Assembly (NCBI RefSeq): GCF_001194135.2
Contig: NC_068982.1
Coordinates: forward strand, 180,092,856 to 180,148,219
Origin: Octopus bimaculoides
Lineage: Eukaryota
Direction: 5' to 3'
DNA length: 55,364 nucleotides
Under the pieces are notes generated by a model that searched no databases, was not told the origin of the DNA, and saw nothing but the letters and a program-made list of their open reading frames with translations. A program made the translations under genes and the position numbers. Shown one piece after another: positions 49,410-55,364 of the stretch; position 1 is the stretch's first letter, and each line of letters begins with the position of its first letter.

Positions 49410-49740
49410 ATATATCATTAAACTGCATTGTTCATCGAGTCTCTGCAGCTGAAGACTTTGAGAGTAATATGTCCTACATCGGCATAATAGATAACTCACT
49501 TAAGAGTCGATGTTATCCATGCATGAATTCTGTTATCATAGAAATATTTCCACTTTGCACTTGATACAGATTGAAATTGCAGAAACTCATAAACCAACTC
49601 ACACTAATAATGCCTGAACAACGATAATGTCCTTTGGAAACTACTGCAGCCAAATATCTGACTATCTGCTTGAGACTAGAGTACAAAAATAGCTACACAC
49701 GATGCTCTATACACTTTCCGAAAGAGCTTATTGAATACTT
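49410..49740 (+). pseudogene. Degenerate PLE GIY-YIG endonuclease fragment
   Basis: NCIVHRVSAAEDFESNMSYIGIIDNSLKSR with YIG at 49475-49483; same type as 37920-38322. Confidence 0.45.
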
Positions 49741-51372
49741 TGGTGTTTTATGCTTATACGTACTAACAATAAATATCTTGGTATGTCTTATTACAAATAT
49801 TTATATATACTTATCTCCATACGTCCATAAATATACACCCCCACTCGCATATACGCACATAATCGCTGGTAGGCATGAATGCATATATGTACGTGTGTAT
49901 GTTTAATAGGTTAACCAGTTAGAATGTAATATTGTAATCCTGAGCTGCTATATATTATTTTGTACTAAATTGTACTGTACTGTGTCGATATTTGCTGATT
50001 GTATGTATATATATATATGTATTATGTGTGTGTGTCCGTATATATATATGTAATGTATGAATGCCTACCTGAATGTCTGTGTATTTGTGTATGTGTGTAT
50101 GTGCATGTCATATGTCTACATGTTTATACGTAAAGGTATATACGTGTGTAGATGTGCGTGGGCGGTGCGCCCGTGAATGTATTTTGTATGCTTTTATGAG
50201 TATGTATATATGAGCACGAGTATGGTGTGTGTCTGTATGCTTTTGAATGTACGTGTCTGCAATTGTGCATGTGGATGAGATGGCTAATACACCTGTGTCT
50301 GAAGATCTATACATACAACTACATATATACTTACACAAATACCCACGCAATTACATATATTTCATACGCAAATACACCTAAACACAACAGCAACAACGAC
50401 AACACCAACAACACTTACCCATTCACAAGCACAGACATCCGACAACGACAACATACTTGAGATATTCTCGATGTTTCTCATGAAACTTGCCGACATTGAA
50501 TGGAGACAAACAAAACTGATTTATTCTCATTTCTCTGACAGTTTAACCTGCTGTAAGATGTTCACATGTTTCCATATATATATGTATATATATATATATA
50601 TATATNNNNNNNNNNNNNNNNNNNNNNNNNNNNNNNNNNNNNNNNNNNNNNNNNNNNNNNNNNNNNNNNNNNNNNNNNNNNNNNNNNNNNNNNNNNNNNN
50701 NNNNNNNNNNNNNNNNNNNNNNNNNNNNNNNNNNNNNNNNNNNNNNNNNNNNNNNNNNNNNNNNNNNNNNNNNNNNNNNNNNNNNNNNNNNNNNNNNNNN
50801 NNNNNNNNNNNNNNNNNNNNNNNNNNNNNNNNNNNNNNNNNNNNNNNNNNNNNNNNNNNNNNNNNNNNNNNNNNNNNNNNNNNNNNNNNNNNNNNNNNNN
50901 NNNNNNNNNNNNNNNNNNNNNNNNNNNNNNNNNNNNNNNNNNNNNNNNNNNNNNNNNNNNNNNNNNNNNNNNNNNNNNNNNNNNNNNNNNNNNNNNNNNN
51001 NNNNNNNNNNNNNNNNNNNNNNNNNNNNNNNNNNNNNNNNNNNNNNNNNNNNNNNNNNNNNNNNNNNNNNNNNNNNNNNNNNNNNNNNNNNNNNNNNNNN
51101 NNNNNNNNNNNNNNNNNNNNNNNNNNNNNNNNNNNNNNNNNNNNNNNNNNNNNNNNNNNNNNNNNNNNNNNNNNNNNNNNNNNNNNNNNNNNNNNNNNNN
51201 NNNNNNNNNNNNNNNNNNNNNNNNNNNNNNNNNNNNNNNNNNNNNNNNNNNNNNNNNNNNNNNNNNNNNNNNNNNNNNNNNNNNNNNNNNNNNNNNNNNN
51301 NNNNNNNNNNNNNNNNNNNNNNNNNNNNNNNNNNNNNNNNNNNNNNNNNNNNNNNNNNNNNNNNNNNNNNNN

Positions 51373-51419
<47 letters not shown>

Positions 51420-51424
<5 letters not shown>

Positions 51425-51620
51425 GGCGATTTTTTTGCACCGTCTTCCTTTTCTTTTGAACTTTCCTCTGTCTCCTGTTTCTGAGGAAGTGCTTTGTTCG
51501 AAACGTAAAACACATTTTCTTTCCTTCCCCGAGCGTCTTATTAATACTTTGCATGTACAGCGTCCTCATGTTGTTGTTTTTTTCTTGTTGCCTTTTTTTC
51601 TCCGTTTTTTAAAAAATTAA
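51420..51620 (+). mobile_element. Penelope-like terminal fragment with minimal hammerhead motif
   Basis: TGTTT-CTGAGGA-A-GTG-cttt-g-TTC-GAAAC-GTA-AAACA at 51476-51512; shares CCCGAGCGTC.TA.TAATAC flank with 9086-9270. Confidence 0.6.
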
Positions 51621-51621
51621 C

Positions 51622-51657
<36 letters not shown>

Positions 51658-51659
<2 letters not shown>

Positions 51660-51797
51660 AAGAAGGCTCGTGTCCAACCCTCACCAGGCAAGGTGATGCT
51701 CACAGTCATTTGGGACCAGGAAGGAGTAGTGACAATGAACATTCTGGTAAAGGGTGCCACAATTAACGGGATATATTATGCTTCTCTGTTACTGCAG
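51658..51797 (+). mobile_element. Isolated internal fragment of the 43798-45047 mariner family
   Basis: KKARVQPSPGKVMLTVIWDQEGVVTMNILVKGATINGIYYASLL; near-identical to the reverse complement of ~44232-44360. Confidence 0.9.
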
Positions 51798-52327
51798 AAT
51801 GAAGTGAAATAGAATCCAGGCAAACAAGTAAAGTACCGGTCAAATTAATGAAAGTGCAATTAAAGACAGGCAGGCGGTTATTAATGCCATCAAATCATTA
51901 ATAATAAAGTCATACGGAAGAGAGACTAACGATAATTACGCAGAAAATTGGAATATCAGGAAAGTGAGAGTTCATAGTAGTGCTCCATTGATAAAGAAAG
52001 TAGGTATACTGAGAGTTCATATCCGAAACTCGTAAATGAAATACTGTGGAATTCGCGTGCTCCTTTACAGCTGTGTCAGGGGTTTGGTGCACTCCAGATA
52101 TCCTACCTAAGAATCTACGATAAAATGACTACGAGAGACTACTCGAATCACCCTCTCCTTTATCCGTGATCTGAGTTAACTTTTTAGGATAGCTATCTAT
52201 CTATGAAGGGTACCTATATCCTCTCGCTTTCCTGGTTTTTCTGTGTTTCTGCTTAATTATATTTATACTCACTTCTGCATAACTATTTAAAAAAAACGTT
52301 TTGATGGTATTAACAACCACCTGTCCA

Positions 52328-52440
<113 letters not shown>

Positions 52441-53502
52441 ATATGTATGTATATGTACACATGTATATACACATACATTTTATCTTGAAACTGAATAATG
52501 ACACACATACATACATATACATACATATACATACATATACATACATATACACACATATATAAACATATATATATATACGTATATACGTATACACATACAC
52601 ACACGTATACATACATATAGACATATACATATTAGTTTTATCAACTGAACATAAAAGTTTATTGATGAAAGGTCTTTACAACAGAAGTAGAGTCGAATTT
52701 CTTATATATAGGGGTCGACTGTAAATTCAAGTGTTATCTCTCGAGACTTATTCAAACAGTTTTGAAGCAGCGAAGGAAGTAAACATTACGAGAGAAAACT
52801 GAAAATCTAGTGTCCTTTGAACGACATCCCCTGGTGACATTTATTCTGCTCCTACGATTTATAGACACTCCTCTTTTACTCCCGCTGTCGCATTTACAGT
52901 GAACTAGAGATTCGCTCGGCGCTACTTTTCGTAAATTACGATATGAAATATTAAATAAGTCAATAAATTATTGCTACATTTTGTAAATAGAGACACTCTG
53001 TATATTTATTATTTATATAGCTACAGTTTGCAAACAGGGAATTTCTATAAATATATTAATATGATGTATTTGCTGAAGATAAGAAATGTAAAAATACATA
53101 TAGAAAGGTACATACTATGTCGTACGTAGTGGTATGGTATTTTCCTTGATCTGTTAACGAATTATCTTGAATGAGATATTGTGAAGGAGAATTAAATAAC
53201 AAAAGCAAAAGCTTCAAAAGAAACTCTAGTTGTGTGTTAGTGTAATGAGATCTTTGGTTATATCCGGGTATAATTCACCTCAAAATCTCGTTATATAATT
53301 TTCTGCTGGTTTACTGTGCACTTTGTTTATAGTTTATTTGAATCGTTCCAGATGTCATCTCTTTGTGATCAAACTAAAAGAAGCAATCAATAATACTTTT
53401 CGAACAACTCAAAGAATTTTAAAATAATGATCGGAATATCTTAAATTACGTAGCTCAACGGACTTCCTGATTCAACTTCTAAAATCTCTTATTCTGCCTG
53501 TT

Positions 53503-53655
53503 GGAAGAGTCGTTACCTTATCGGGATAAATCGTTTTGCAGTAATCCTTGTGACTATCCGCGCTCTGAGTTCAAATGTCAGCTTTGCCTTTTTTCCTTTC
53601 TGGTTGATAAATTAAGTATTAGTTTTGTACTGGAGTAAACTTTTGCCTTTCATCC
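53503..53655 (+). mobile_element. Old degenerate SINE family A copy
   Basis: CTCTGAGTTCAAAT..CTTTGCCTTT..CCTTTCTGGTTGATAAATTAAGTA. Confidence 0.6.
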
Positions 53656-55202
53656 TGTCATCTTGTCTGTCTTACAAGGAGAAATCGGCTGTTTTCAGAC
53701 CTGGAGAAGGACATGCTCCGCTCAGTCTAAGATAGTCCAGGACAAGTTATATGTCGTAACGGCACTCCTACAGAGTTCAGTGCTCAAGGAAATATAGTTA
53801 ACGAGTTTTCTTGGATATAGCAATAAAATACAAAGGAATGTGTGTGTGATAAACTTAAACCCACTTGAACATCATCGCATGCTTCATGGTTGTCTTAAGT
53901 GGCGTACATTCAAAGACAACCATTTAGACCATGTTTTCGGTATGTTAATAATCTCCTCTTCTTCCTCTCAAAAAAAAAAAAGAAAAAAAAACAAAAACAA
54001 ACTATTTTATGAAACTCTGGTGATATGGTTAGTATGAAATATATATTATTGGTTTCAAATTAACATGTGTAAGTTTACAACTAATTCATACGAGCCATTA
54101 GAAAGGGGTTATGAAACATGCCACATGTTACACCATACCGTCATTGGATAACATCGACATAGATACGATATGACTAAAAAACAAAGTGGTTTCACTGAAA
54201 CGTTATTGTTCGCAAGTCTTCTGCGATCAAGGCTCAGCCCTGAGGCTTTTGGAATATCTATATGCGTTTTTTGGGAATACCTAATATCTCTTTCCCCTTT
54301 CCATCTACATAATAGTGGGTTAGTGCAAAGACATTAGTAATGTTAGCAGATACTATAACGCAAGTATTCTCGAAATGTATGTTTAATGTGCATTGTTCTT
54401 TTTTGATCTTAATGTATTTAATAATATCGATTTAGCAAACACATGCCAACCAAACAATAAACGTGGTTCCTTAAACTGTAAACAAAGAATACTTTCCACT
54501 TCACAACTCTACATTTATTTGACCTTCTTTACCTACTTATGCATTCTTTAATTCACACAATTTTCGCTGCAAGACAGTCCCAACTGGTTTCTAGTAAAAT
54601 AATTTCAGAAATAATGTTTTGCATTCTTTCTTATTTTTTCAATTCTTTAGGTAAAGAGAGAGAATAAATAATGAAACTATACTAGAAAGTTAGAAACTGT
54701 TTGTCATTGGCAGCTGTTTTCTTGCCAGCAGTATTTTATATTTGTCAAGTTTGTCTTAAACGATACAAACAAAAATGTCTAATGGGAATTAAATATTTCT
54801 TTTGCCAGTAGCATAGAAATGATGAACTTTAAAAATAGTATTTAAACTAGAGAAGAAAATGACATCAAACTGTTTCGAGCATTAGTAAGTTGACTTTTAC
54901 TTCAGAAATATCTGATTTTAATTTCTGTAGAGAAGATAGAAAAGATACAAGATTTGGTTTCCTTTTCTTCCCAAATAAATTTCGTGAAGATTTTTCTGTA
55001 GAAATACTCCCACACATCAATTAACAGGTAAGATTCCAATTTATGATTTTGAGTGCTGCCATCATCGAAGAACAGTCAGCGTTCTTTCCTCAGACCTCTG
55101 AAAGAGACGGATAGATGGGTCAAAGTTATCATCACTCAGCAAAAAGGCACCCAATGTTCAAACGGTAGTATTAAACCGGGTGATAGATTAAGTTTATCAC
55201 AG

Positions 55203-55364
55203 CTGTGGCTGTGTGGTAAGTAGCTTGCTTACTAACCACATGATTCCGGGTTCAACCCCACTGCGTGGCACTTTGGGCAAGTGTCTCCTACCATAGCCTC
55301 GGGCCGACGAAAGCCTTGTGAGTGGATTTGGTAGGCGGAAACTGAAAGAAACCCGTCGTATATA
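55203..55364 (+). mobile_element. SINE family B 5' half (runs off window)
   Basis: GTGGCTGTGTGGTAAGTAGCTTGCT head, CTTTGGGCAAGTGTCT, GAAACTGAAAGAAACCCGTCG. Confidence 0.92.

Noticed and set aside
51800-52190. Possible further degenerate mariner remnant
   Set aside because: Only faint similarity (HPLLYP-like); too weak to annotate without alignment.

Overview
This is eukaryotic, AT-rich, repeat-dense genomic DNA with 14 N-gaps, most of them flanked by microsatellites. The SINE families and microsatellite load point to a coleoid cephalopod, most likely an Octopus short-read assembly (inference from family recognition, no database search). Almost every ORF in the supplied track is a microsatellite or N-gap artefact. 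Supported content: (1) three phase-compatible exons on + forming the 3' end of an unidentified spliced gene (31137-32152), absent from the ORF track; (2) fossil transposons: a Ty3/Gypsy gag-pol (2.3-6.1 kb), three mariner transposases (one with both TIRs), a pogo/Tigger fragment, RTE and CR1/L2-type LINE 3' ends, and Penelope-like (PLE) GIY-YIG remnants; (3) about 20 tRNA-derived SINE copies of several families; (4) MITEs, including a 598-bp Merlin-like element with a central telomeric-repeat palindrome. The strongest lead is a set of hammerhead-ribozyme-bearing PLE or retrozyme-like repeats. These comprise a nearly perfect type I hammerhead inside an inverted-plus-direct repeat next to a GIY-YIG domain (37.3-38.3 kb), a minimal hammerhead family with a compensatory base-pair change (9.2 and 51.5 kb), and a recurrent non-canonical hammerhead-like layout (17.0, 24.6, 39.9, 46.8 kb). 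All translations and alignments were done by eye, and no ribozyme activity is shown.
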